From Octopus vulgaris (lineage: Eukaryota), in NCBI GenBank assembly GCA_951406725.2, contig OX597815.1:186620001-186684000 (forward strand): 64,000 bases of DNA. Reading direction: 5' to 3'. Positions 28,290 to 39,332 of the stretch are shown piece by piece (positions within the stretch are counted from its first letter, which is position 1; every line of letters starts with the position of its first letter). The notes beneath the pieces are model-generated. The model was not told the origin of the DNA. It worked only from the letters and a program-made list of their open reading frames with translations, and searched no databases. The translations under genes were made by a program, and so were the position numbers.

Positions 28290-28310
28290 AAGATAGATAT
28301 ATATATATAA

Positions 28311-28357
<47 letters not shown>

Positions 28358-28402
28358 ATATATATATATATAATAATTTTTTTTTTAAATATATATATAT
28401 AA

Positions 28403-28436
<34 letters not shown>

Positions 28437-28454
28437 ATATATATATATATATAA

Positions 28455-28530
<76 letters not shown>
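28183..28530. repeat. Long degenerate (TA)n microsatellite
   Basis: Direct reading; one of many such tracts in the window. Confidence 0.98.
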
Positions 28531-28532
<2 letters not shown>

Positions 28533-28557
28533 TACAGATATTAAAAAAATAAAACGT

Positions 28558-28665
28558 TTTCAATGCAGTAATTAATTTCCATATTTTCCGATGTGTGCAA
28601 GTTAAAGAAATTTGTAGTGCGTTGTGATATCCCTCTGAATGGCTATTAGTGAGAAGCATATCCGA
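28558..28665 (-). pseudogene. Mutator-like (MULE) transposase remnant
   Basis: [31 protein letters not shown] resembles the MULE 'TNN.xEGxHN...HPxIWxxIxxL' motif around the catalytic Glu. Confidence 0.6.
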
Positions 28666-29270
28666 TTCTGTTCTGAAGCGGACATTCCGACTATCAATGG
28701 GTATGTCTTTGTGCTTGTGTGTGTGCGTTTTATTTGTCTGAAATAACGAATTTATTTCGTGTAGTATTTAAATTTTTGAAAGTAAATGTGGATTTTCGTC
28801 TGGAATTCTTATGTAAACCAAATCTTTACATAATATTTTAATAATAAATTTAATTTTTTTTTTTTTTTTGATTTGCAAAGACGGAAGGAAAAATGATTCT
28901 TCATACATAATCCTTATAGCATGGTTTGAGGGGAGAATAACTAAGAATGAAAACAGTTACTACTTGTGCCTGTGCGGGAGGAAAATATTTTGATAGGTAA
29001 ATGCGGAGAGTAGGAGAAATATATTTGAATTTCGGAGACAGTGTAGATCAGTGAAAATAAGAGGAAAAAGATAAGAGAGAAGGAAATAGAGAAGTAAAAG
29101 AGAGTAAAAAAGCCATAAGAAAAATAAGTTTAGAACAGAATGAAATTAATGTTTACAGGCAGTGGTTTTCAGAAGAATTTACATACGGACAGTTGTAACA
29201 CAAACTCACATAGGCGCAATTGCACTCACAGACATACACACAAACACAACCACATACATACGTTCGTACG

Positions 29271-29337
<67 letters not shown>

Positions 29338-29544
29338 GTTATCGATTATGGTCATTGCACGAAGCTTAATCAATGTTGTTATCGTGCAATGCCTGTGCAA
29401 GAAGATTTTTTTTAAAGTGAGGAAAGGTTGTGCACTGAGTCAATCCCACTCACTAAGCAACAGCAGCCATAATCCGAAAAGAAGAACAAGTCAACATCAT
29501 CGGTAACCACTGAGTCGCAGATTTTTGTCGGAGTTATCCCAGTT

Positions 29545-29872
29545 ACCTGAGTTACCTTCTAGAAGGATGCCCTAACAAAGGCTAGGAGTCCTTCACTCCC
29601 AATGGTTTAACCGCGTGATCGGGTATTCAGTCCGATTATTTCTATGTCCCCGCGCATGATGCATCCTTAAGACACTTATTGGATGGTCGTTGACTCTCAA
29701 GAGTTCCTCCGCCCTTTGACGGGTTTTGTTTTTCATCCCGCAGGGTATCCATTAAACACCCTCCTCACCAAGCAAGCTTGGTGGGGTTGCCGGTTTAGTC
29801 GCCGACGACCCGACCATGCAACAGGTTGTACTGGGTTACATGTTGCCAGTAGCACTCGAAAGTGACCTGACA
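29545..29872 (-). mobile_element. GC-rich repeat, possibly an RTE-LINE 5'UTR derivative; partial second copy at 51583-51650 (+)
   Basis: Both copies share 'caggt.act...tgctactgg.aacatg.aa.c.agtaca.cctgttgcat.gtcg' and both follow (TATG)n. The RTE assignment is by general resemblance only. Confidence 0.45.
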
Positions 29873-30148
29873 CATACATACATACATACATACATACATA
29901 CATACATACATACATACATACATACATACATACATACATACATGCATGCATGCATACATACATATAAAGAAATCTGCATAATTTATACTCATAAACCAAA
30001 TGGGATTTTACCTGGCAACCAATGTCCCTCTCCTCATTAAACAAACAATTCTTCCTCTTTCTAATCCTCTCTACTTGTATCAATTTTACTCCCTCTTTCT
30101 GCATAATTCTCTCTCCCAAGTATTTATTTCTCTCTTTTATTATTGTCC

Positions 30149-30480
30149 TTAATCAAGACCTTTGTGGCTTAAGAACAAAAATGTTCCCTTAAAAGTGGGT
30201 TTACACCTTCTAAAAATTTCGGATCTGGAATCAAGCACTGTGGTAGAATTGTGGGCTCTAAGAAGAATATGATACCTTTCTGCCCCTGATAAGTTACGTT
30301 TCTTAGATCCATTGACATATGGCTTGGAGTTTTCCACCATTCTCAACTTAACTATATGTGGTGTGGAGCTGGTCTTCAAATTCCCTACGTGGCTAGCCAA
30401 ACTTAGTTACATTACACTTGCTGATGTACCTATAAAACAATAAATACAACTTCTATCGACACAGGCTACCACCAACCTCC
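30149..30480 (-). pseudogene. Decayed Penelope-like GIY-YIG C-terminal remnant (second PLE lineage)
   Basis: LASHVGNLK...SKPYVNGSKKRNLSGAERYHILL...LDSRSEIFRRCK resembles the 'LSxYIWxLK...PY...KxCxLCLxEKxxIL...LNxRSExxxxCRH' terminus of PLE endonucleases. Confidence 0.55.
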
Positions 30481-30679
30481 CGTGATTCTATTGGGTTTTG
30501 TTTTACCCTACAGATTTTATGCTTCAGATTCAAAATATTTTAGAGCCTTATAAACCGCTTTTACAAATCCTGTAGCATTCATACGACAGAAATTCCCAGA
30601 AGGTAATAAACGAGGTAAGGATGAGTGATATATTGATTTGTTACTGCTCCTCAGACATTTGTTTTAATATCGAGGTAGA

Positions 30680-30845
30680 AGGAGAAGAAACGTGGTAAAA
30701 AAAAATCTTGCTTCCCAGCCACATGGTTCCGGGTTCAGTCCCACAGCGTGGCACTTTGAGTAAGCGTTTTCTACTATAACTTTAAATCGAGCAAGACCTT
30801 CTGAGCGGATTTGGTAGAGAAAAACTGACAGAAGCACGCTGTACG

Positions 30846-30937
<92 letters not shown>

Positions 30938-31070
30938 CTTTGTCCCCAACCACCGTTCGACCATATCGACCGACAAAATATGACTCAGGCTTTCAAAAAT
31001 ATGTGTTGGGGTTGATACATTCGATTAAAAATACTTCCAACTAGTACCCCAGCAATACGGCAGTCTCAGA
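30680..31070 (+). mobile_element. SINE family A, degenerate
   Basis: 'ccacatggttccgggttcagtcccacagcgtggc', with an internal TA/TG tract. Confidence 0.8.
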
Positions 31071-31363
31071 AAAAGACTTTATATATGTGTGTGTGTGTGT
31101 GTGTGTGTCTCTGTGTGTGTGTGGTGTGTGTGTTATGGAAAGAAATCCCATAAAACACAACAGATTTGTTAAAAATGGAGAAAAATGTTAAAATATATAA
31201 GAGAATTTTAATTCATGCAGACGATCGTTTCGTACATTGATATAAAATACAAGCTACCACCATAGTATGAAGGATCCATAGTAGAAATCTTTTTGGGAAA
31301 CCTCCAAATTAAAGGACGAATCTAATTCAACCTTTTTACACACACACACACACACATACATAC

Positions 31364-31402
<39 letters not shown>

Positions 31403-31484
31403 ACAATTGCAGCGTGGAAGGTGTTTATAAGCCATTTAAAAAACACACAAGAGCCGTTCGATTCACTTCAACATTTAAGTTTAA

Positions 31485-31534
31485 TTTGTCAAAATATTTT
31501 CGTCGCTAAAATCCGCGACCTGTTCACTGACAAA
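31485..31534 (-). ncRNA. Hammerhead ribozyme, G3-C8 core variant (inverted copy)
   Basis: Exact reverse complement of 31560-31609. Confidence 0.7.
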
Positions 31535-31559
31535 GGCCGTGCTGAGATGCAGCACGGAC

Positions 31560-31609
31560 TTTGTCAGTGAACAGGTCGCGGATTTTAGCGACGAAAATAT
31601 TTTGACAAA
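31560..31609 (+). ncRNA. Hammerhead ribozyme, G3-C8 core variant
   Basis: UUUGUCA-GUGAACA-G-GUCGC GGAUUUUA GCGAC-GAA-AAUAUU-U-UGACAAA: 7-bp stem I, 5-bp stem II, palindromic stem III. Confidence 0.7.
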
Positions 31610-31747
31610 TTAAACTTAAATGTTGAAGTGAATCGAACGGCTTTTGTGTGTTTCTTAAATGGCTTATAAACACCTTCCACGCTGCAATTGTTTTCGTTTC
31701 AGCACACGAACTCAGATCAAATTACTTGCTATGCGAGTACATCTCCG

Positions 31748-31788
<41 letters not shown>

Positions 31789-31819
31789 CAAAATAAGCAA
31801 CAAGGATATCCAAAGGTAA

Positions 31820-31911
31820 TGCAGTACGATCGTTTCATGCAACTCCATTTAATTGAACAATGCAATCATTTCATTACATCAATTTAAAATGTAGAGCAAT
31901 CTTCAGCTGCA
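31820..31911 (-). ncRNA. Hammerhead ribozyme with extended stem II (element ~31783-32020)
   Basis: UGCAG-CUGAAGA-U-UGC[~55-nt imperfect hairpin]GCA-U-GAA-ACGAUCGU-A-CUGCA; canonical core. Confidence 0.8.
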
Positions 31912-32336
31912 CAAAGACATAGAATTTAATTAAATTAGAAGGACACATTAGTATAATTTTACCTAAAATCTCCCAGGGGATAAGGAAATAAACAAAGAAC
32001 TTGTTTTACTAACAACAGCTTATACATATGCGTGTGTATGTATATGCATGTCTATCCATATACACACAAATTCTCAAGCGAAGACATTTATGAAAATAGA
32101 ATCGGTTAAATTAATATCATTATCATGTGATGCATTCGTTTTGCTGAACAAGCAAACTAAACATGCTGAACTGACACTACTAACATCAAAATAGCAGAAT
32201 ATATTTTGATTCCAGTCTGGTTACAGATGCTATATTATATCGACAGTTATTTCATTACTTTTCAATTGTCATCCTACGAAATATGTACACACTCTTTCAT
32301 TATGAATGTTTTCAGTTCTATATTTGTTATGTCGCA

Positions 32337-32725
32337 GTGGAGGCGCAATGGCCCAGTGGTTAGGGCAGCGGACTCGCGGTCATAGGATCGCGGTTTCGAT
32401 TCTCAGACCGGGCGTTGTGAGTGTTTATTGAGCGAAAACACCTAAAAAAAGCTCCACGAGGCTCCGGCAGGGCATGGTGGTGATCCCTGCTGTACTCTTT
32501 CACCACAACTTTCTCTCACTCTTACTTCCTGTTTCTGTTGTACCTGTATTTCAAAGGGCCGGCCTTGTCACTCTCTGTGTCACGCTGAATATCCCCGAGA
32601 AATACGTTAAGGGTACACGTATCTGTGGAGTGTTCAGCCACTTACACGTTAATTTCACGAGCAGGCTGTTCCGTTGGTCGGATCATCCGAAACCCTCATC
32701 GTCGTAACCGACGGAGTGCTTCCAC
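32337..32725 (+). mobile_element. SINE family B flanked by a ~110-bp direct duplication
   Basis: Full SINE; 32229-32336 is repeated at 32726-32837. Confidence 0.92.
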
Positions 32726-32825
32726 GCTATATTATATCGACAGTTATTTCATTACTTTTCAATTGTCATCCTACGAAATATGTACACACTCTTTCATTAT
32801 GAAAGAGCGTGTAGAGTTCTATATT

Positions 32826-33102
32826 TGTTATGTCGCAATACTACACAGTGATTGTGTGAGCTAGGAAATCCTCGTCGCCACTGTTATGTCGTAATACCAC
32901 ACAGTGGCCGTGTAAGTTTACTGAGAGATAAGTGCAAGTTACGAAATCCTCGTTACCACTGTTATGTCGCACGTTAGGATGCCTTCTACTCAACTCTGCT
33001 CTGCTCTGCTCTCACCGACTGCTCCCACAACGTCTAAACTTATCCCTCTATATCTAAGTATTGGGCTAGTCTACTTCATCGTCTGGGGGCGCCCACACAA
33101 CA
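32826..33102 (-). mobile_element. Mini-LTR (TRIM-like) element with 5-bp TSD ATATT
   Basis: 143-bp LTR (33102-32960, TGTTGTGT...ACATAACA), followed by two modules of PBS-like GTGG(C/T)(G/A)ACGAGGA + spacer + LTR end; TSD at 32821-32825 and 33103-33107. Confidence 0.75.
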
Positions 33103-33284
33103 ATATTTTATATAAGCTTATTCTTGCCACTGTAGGAATACTTAAAACAAAAGTTGCCATAATTTTGATATCAATATATAAAGCTACCAACATGAGGATA
33201 TTCATCAGATGGTAAATTTTATCAGCTCAAATCATTAAAACGTAGGTCATAGAAAATGTCATAAGAATTGGGTATTAAATTCAT

Positions 33285-33515
33285 TTACTCTTTTACTTTT
33301 TTATGTGTTTCAGTCATGCTGAAGCACCACCTTCAGTCGAGCAAATCGACCCCAGGACTTATTCTTTGTAAGCCTAGTACTTATTCTAGTACTTACCAGA
33401 CAGCCACTCCTACGCCTATAGTAGAAAACGTTTACCGAAAGTAACACGCAGTGACACTGAACCCGGAAACTTGTGGCTGGGAAGCATGCTTCTTACAACA
33501 CAACCACTCCTGTCC
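33285..33515 (-). mobile_element. SINE family A, rearranged or deleted
   Basis: Tail segment followed by two head fragments. Confidence 0.75.
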
Positions 33516-34358
33516 AACTTATATATTAATATTTCACAATATTGATCACGAAATGAAATATAATTAGGATCATAACTACTTCAAGGAACGTGTTATAAAT
33601 CATATGAAAATTGCATCCTTATATACTAGAATGTTATTAACTAAACGGTACTAGATATGAAACGGAATAATTTAATGTTTTCAATGATATAACCTTATGA
33701 AATTCACATTAGATATAATCGTCAGTTAAAATATTCATCTTCTAAATATGAAGGATACGTTCACCGAAAGACCTATCATCGATGCTAAATTCTTATTTAC
33801 GTTCAAAAATGTTACAAGTTATATTATTTAAACAGGTTCTAGATATAGTGACATAAGTGAAACTACATATTAGTTCATATACAAAATTGCATCAATGATG
33901 CTTATAGAAAATCTAATATTCGTTTGGGTAAGTAATATATTTATATGCATATATATATAGTGCTTCTTTTACAATAATCTTTGCAATAATTTAATACGAG
34001 GCAAGTTAGATTGAATTTCTTTTTTCTATATTTTGTATTTTATATTTTGTGTTTTAATCATTTCATAATTTACAATAATGTAAATTGTAATGATATATTT
34101 TCGATGCATATATTTTATCATGCATTTTATCAAACCGTATACATATGCACAATGACGTATGGCCACCTAAACTTTGCGTACATACATACATACATACATA
34201 CATACATACATGTATGTGTATGTGTATATATATACATATATACATTACTTATACATATACATAAATATTTATACATGTGTATATCTATGCATATACATGT
34301 GTGAATGCATATATATATATATATATACATATATTTTGATACGTGTATATATATGCGT

Positions 34359-34425
<67 letters not shown>

Positions 34426-34572
34426 TGTGTGTCTGTGAGTGGGTATGTGTGTGTACATACACACATATACGTAAACATGATTTTAATTTTGATAGATTTT
34501 AGGAAGTACTTATGATTCCATATATCGAAAAATTGTGTGAGCGTTTACGTGTGTGTGCGCGTGCTCATGTAT

Positions 34573-34617
<45 letters not shown>

Positions 34618-34658
34618 ATCAGGATTTTTCGAAATATTAATATTTATCTACAGCACCA

Positions 34659-34960
34659 CAATATCAACGTCAATTTGTAACGCGCATACACCCAAACACG
34701 CCCACACAAACATATAGAATTAAGTGATTTTACATGTGTATGTGAGAGACAGAGAGAGAGACAGATATTTTGTGTGTATTAGAGAAAGTGAGTATATATA
34801 TATATATATATATACACATATATGCGTATATACGTGGAGAGTGAGACGGGGAGAAGAAAGAAGGAGGTGAGAGAAGGATATATACATATGAGATTATTTA
34901 ATTCCCTCCGTTTGTGTGAGCCTGTTTGGGTGTATGTATGTTCCAAATTGATATTGATAT
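34659..34960. repeat. Diverged ~80-bp inverted repeat (34659-34740 / 34880-34960)
   Basis: 'aatatcaacgtcaatttg...catacacccaaaca.gc.cacacaaac...gaattaa' is present on both strands. Confidence 0.7.
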
Positions 34961-35808
34961 TTGCGGAAAGCCATTATTAATGACAGTGATGTTATATAAG
35001 TGATTCAATGCACTCAGTGTTCGCATATTCTAGATTTTTCCACTTATTTATATAATTGAAATTATTTCAACGAAAGATAGTATTGTGCTTTAATCGAAGT
35101 TTCGTCAAAAGTATATTGATTGCCTGTCAATTATTTTTTCTTCTGCGTATACGTAATCATTCAATAATTATATAAATAGACACAGTATATACGTTATGTA
35201 GAGGTATTCATCTAATTTGCCTTTTTTCCGGAAAATAATTTGGAGTTTTTTTAAAGTGAATGTTCTGCGCTTTAATTTTATTATCCCGATAGAACGCCAT
35301 GTACGAATCAATAGAAGAAAATATTAAATGGGTTCTAGAACGAGAATTAAGTTACATATTTAAGATGTAATTTCTTTTAGAATTATATCTTCAATTGAAA
35401 TAACTTTATCTTAGTGATATATCGTATTAATTTATCTCGGTAGTATATGGTTGAACACCCAATACAAATATACACTTAAATTTTATATCTAAACCATTTA
35501 ATAAAAAATATTCTAAAAGAATCTGAATTATACAAGGCATATACTGTATATTACAAGATAAAATTCAGCAAAGTAGCATTAAAATGTTTAGTCTAGGTGA
35601 ACTATACTAAATACATAAGCGTAAAATAACGGGTGTCTTCTTACGCTGTTATATGATCATAGTATATTTAATAAAATAAATAAGTCTAACTACAAGCGTA
35701 TTTTAGTTCTTGTGGTTTATCAAACTGAGTATATTTTTCTTCTGAGATTTTATTTACAGTTGTTTCGTACTTGAACTAGATAAATTCCAAAGCCGGTTAA
35801 ATGATATA

Positions 35809-36022
35809 CGAGGGTCTATGGTTTTAAAGGTATGGAGAAAGGCTTAGTTGGCGGCCAAACTTCCGAGTTCTTTTACAGGGCTCAGAAAAAAAACTAAAGC
35901 GAAGGACCGCTACAATAAGTATGTAAATCTAAGAGGGGAATATATTGAACAAAATCATAGTTAACTGATCCGCCTTTAATTATTTTTTTTACTCAAACCT
36001 AGGAACCTTTCAGCACGTCTCG
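35809..36022 (+). mobile_element. Mariner-derived MITE / internal-deletion derivative
   Basis: TA|CGAG...CTCG|TA termini; residual coding sequence EFFY...DRYNKYVNLRGEYIEQ resembles a mariner C-terminus. Confidence 0.7.
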
Positions 36023-36109
36023 TAGATTATTACTATATCAAAGTAATTCTCTACATTTTAGAAATGTTTTCCCGTCTGAGATACAGCTGAATATATATTT
36101 GATTATACC

Positions 36110-36341
36110 TATTTCTTTATTACCCACAAGGGGCTAAACACAGAGGGGACAAACAAGGACAGACATAGGTATTAAGTCAATTACATCGACCCCAGTGTGT
36201 AACTGGTACTTAATTTATCGACCCCGAAAGGATGAAAGGCAAAGTCGACCTCGGCGGAATTTGAACTCACAACGTGACGGCAGACGAAATACCGCTAAGC
36301 ATTTCGCCCGGCGTGCTAACGCTTCTGCCAGCATGCCGCCT
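36110..36341 (-). mobile_element. SINE family C, full monomer
   Basis: Reverse complement of 24579-24800; flanked by a direct repeat 'tatttgattatacc'. Confidence 0.92.
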
Positions 36342-36375
36342 TTTTTTATTTGATTATACCATTATGTAATAACTA

Positions 36376-36530
36376 AGGCAGAGAACTGACAGAATCGTTA
36401 GCATGCCAGACAAAATGCTTAGCAGCATTTCGTTCATTTTCGCAATCTGAGTTCAAATTCAATCTGAGTTGAATTTGCCTTTCATTCATTTGGTGTCAAT
36501 AAAATAAACACTGCCAAAGACTGAGGTCAT
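36376..36530 (+). mobile_element. SINE family C, degenerate
   Basis: 'aaggcagagaactgacagaatcgttagcatgcc...tctgagttcaaattc'. Confidence 0.7.
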
Positions 36531-36589
36531 TTTACACCATTATTAGCCACAAACTATTTTCTTCATATCATTACAGAATATTAACAATA

Positions 36590-36965
36590 CTCTTACTCTT
36601 TTACTTGTTTGTCATTTGACTGTGGCCATGCTGGAGCACCGCGTTTTAGTCGAGCAAATCGACCCCAGGACTTATTCTTTGTAAGCCTAGTATTTATTCT
36701 ATCGGTCTCTCTTTTGCTAAACCGCTAAGTTACAGGGACGTAAACACACCAGCATCGGTTGTCAAGCGATGTTGGGGGACAAACACAGACACACAAACAT
36801 ATACATACACACATATATATATATATATACATATATACGACGGGCTTCTTTCAGTTTCCGTCTACCAAATCCACTCACAAGGCTTTGGTCGGCCCGAGGC
36901 TATAGTAGAAGACACTTGCCCAAGGTGCCACGCAGTGGGACTGAACCCGGGACCATGTGGTTCAC
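36590..36965 (-). mobile_element. SINE family A, 5'-truncated
   Basis: Matches other A copies. Confidence 0.9.
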
Positions 36966-38557
36966 AAAAGATACTCATTTGTGCTTCGTATTTTTTTTTT
37001 CTTACTGTAGCAGATTTTCAAGTTTCTCTTGCCAATTTAAGCTACTCTCTACGTTTGTATTTCATTATTATGCAATGGTCATTGGAAGCCGTTTTTGTTA
37101 ATTCTATATAGCAAGGATCTTTGTAATCTGCAAGATACAGAAGCGATCGATTTTTCAATTATATTTTATTGTATACATCTTGGATAAATTGAAAGGAGCA
37201 ATTTCGGTACAAGCATATTTTCGAGAAATCATCATTGTACTGCACTTTCAAATAAGAATACGTCGAAAATATAAGTAAGCAAATCTAAAATAGGAAAACT
37301 TCATTTCCTTTGCAGTAAATGAAATAGAATGTTGATTATGAGTTTGGAAAGTACACGGCAGTTGTTATAAACGGAGTCAATCAATACTGAACAACCGCTC
37401 CAAAAACACACTGATATATCACCAATTTAAAGTACCTCCCCCAAATAAAGCTTTCAATGATAGTGGTTCCTATCTGACCATTATTAGATTTTAGTAATCA
37501 TATCTGAGTAATCGGTTTTTGTTGACATTACAGACGTTAACATAATTTAATACGGTGGTCGGTCAAATATTTCGCTGCGCAATCACATACTTCTAATTCT
37601 AATCATAAAATAGAACTCAATAACGAAGTAAATTATATCAGCCGGAGAAACAGCTTCCTAAATATCTGTCTTCGAAATTACAATCTGCTTCCTGAACCTG
37701 AATTCTATCATGTACGTGTAGCTAATTTGACTATAAACAGGAACGTGATGTTATCACAATAGAATGTGTCATGCTCAGTTGCAAAGATACATCACGTGAC
37801 TATGTGTAATAATCTAACGCACTAGTGTCTCTCAGTTATTTGTTGAAAGCAATTACGTCTCTTTGTTCTCGTACAAATAAAAATAAGCAATATGGAAATC
37901 AAATCCCGCTATTATGCAGCTCTGAAGGAAAATTGTAAGTTCCCAAGACTATATTAGATTTATTCTCTTTCAACCTACCAGTCGTAGTTTGTCCTTTTTA
38001 TACTTGATGAATATTTGGCTATTTTCCCCAGACTTGTGTCTATACCTAGTAATTATTATTTGCTCATACTGCTTTGCAAATAGATAACTCTTCGCGTATT
38101 TATATTATCCATTCGTGTACATGCATATCTAACAACCGTAAGGATTATATCATAATTCACAAAAACAGTACACGATATACTTCTGTGTACTATGTAAGTA
38201 TTATTTTTTATTATCTATTCGACAGAGTATGATGGCGCCACAGTATTTGTAAATATCTTGACTGTTGAACTTTCTGTCCGTACATGGATTTATTGAAAAA
38301 TAATTCAGCAGGTCTTTCGAGATAAATACTAAATATTAACAAGAAATTGTCAAATTCATACTACGTTTCCATTCTATATATTTTCTAGTTTTAAATAATT
38401 TTGAATAATAATACTTAGATAATATTTTAAATAATAATACAGTCATCGGGTTGAAGCGTAGAACCGTTATTTTTTACGTGTCCGTTAGAATATAAAGCCA
38501 TAATGCTTATTATGAGATGTAGAGAAAAAAATATTTGAAGTTGTGAATTCATATTAA

Positions 38558-38779
38558 CCCTTTAGCATTCAAACCGGCCATATCTGGCCAAAATATTTAA
38601 CCTGTTTTATATTGAAACTGACCAGATCTCGCCTCTCACCTCAACCCTACCATGTCATTCTAAAACTTTAAAAAAAACCATCACTGAAATCTCTAAACTA
38701 CTAGATAATGCATGATTGATTCAAACCATTTTAAATAAACAAACATCACATTTGACAGAATAATCTGAACACTAAAGGG
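38558..38779. mobile_element. piggyBac-type MITE
   Basis: TTAA|CCCTTTAGCATTCA...TGAACACTAAAGGG|TTAA. Confidence 0.85.
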
Positions 38780-38991
38780 TTAAACAAAGTGTATAACTAC
38801 AGATCCTGAAGGGTCTCGAACAACAAAACGATGTAAATGTTCCGTTTTCTTTAAGATCGTAAAACAAAATGTAAATTAATAAGGTTCATGTTTCAGTCGT
38901 TTGATTGCAACCAGATTGAGCCACCAATTTTGAATTCTATATATCATCGACTACGTTTACGTGTATAAGTATGTATGTATATATATATATA

Positions 38992-39038
<47 letters not shown>

Positions 39039-39041
<3 letters not shown>

Positions 39042-39332
39042 GATACCCCCTCACCACTACGTAGGCTCTGTAGTGACGACCATGACTTTGAGACTCAGTC
39101 TCAACGTATGGCTCACCACTTCACCCTACGTGGATACCCCCTCACCACTACGTAGGCTCTGTAGTGACGACCATGACTTTGAGACTCAGTCTCAACGTAT
39201 GGCTCACCACTTCACCCTACGTGGATACCCCCTCACCACTACGTAGGCTCTGTAGTGACGACCATGCCTTTGAGACTCAGTCTCAACGTATGGCTCACCA
39301 CTTCACCCTACGTGGATACCCCCTCACCACTA
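39039..39332 (+). repeat. ~3.2 tandem copies of a 91-bp unit at the PLE 5' junction
   Basis: 'cgtaggctctgtagtgacgacc...' starts at 39060, 39151 and 39242. Confidence 0.95.

Larger units (their letters stand above)
31402..31750. mobile_element. Inverted pLTR-like element: 143-bp near-perfect hairpin (31402-31544 / 31550-31692) plus a 3' extension, between (TA)n tracts
   Basis: About 3 mismatches in the arms and a 5-nt loop; each arm carries a hammerhead. Confidence 0.9.

Noticed and set aside
32337-32415. SINE heads as tRNA genes
   Set aside because: A/B boxes are present, but the heads continue into SINE bodies and do not form a clean cloverleaf.
39039-39332. 91-bp tandem repeat as a CRISPR-like array
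   Set aside because: There are no unique spacers; it is duplicated PLE coding sequence in eukaryotic DNA.
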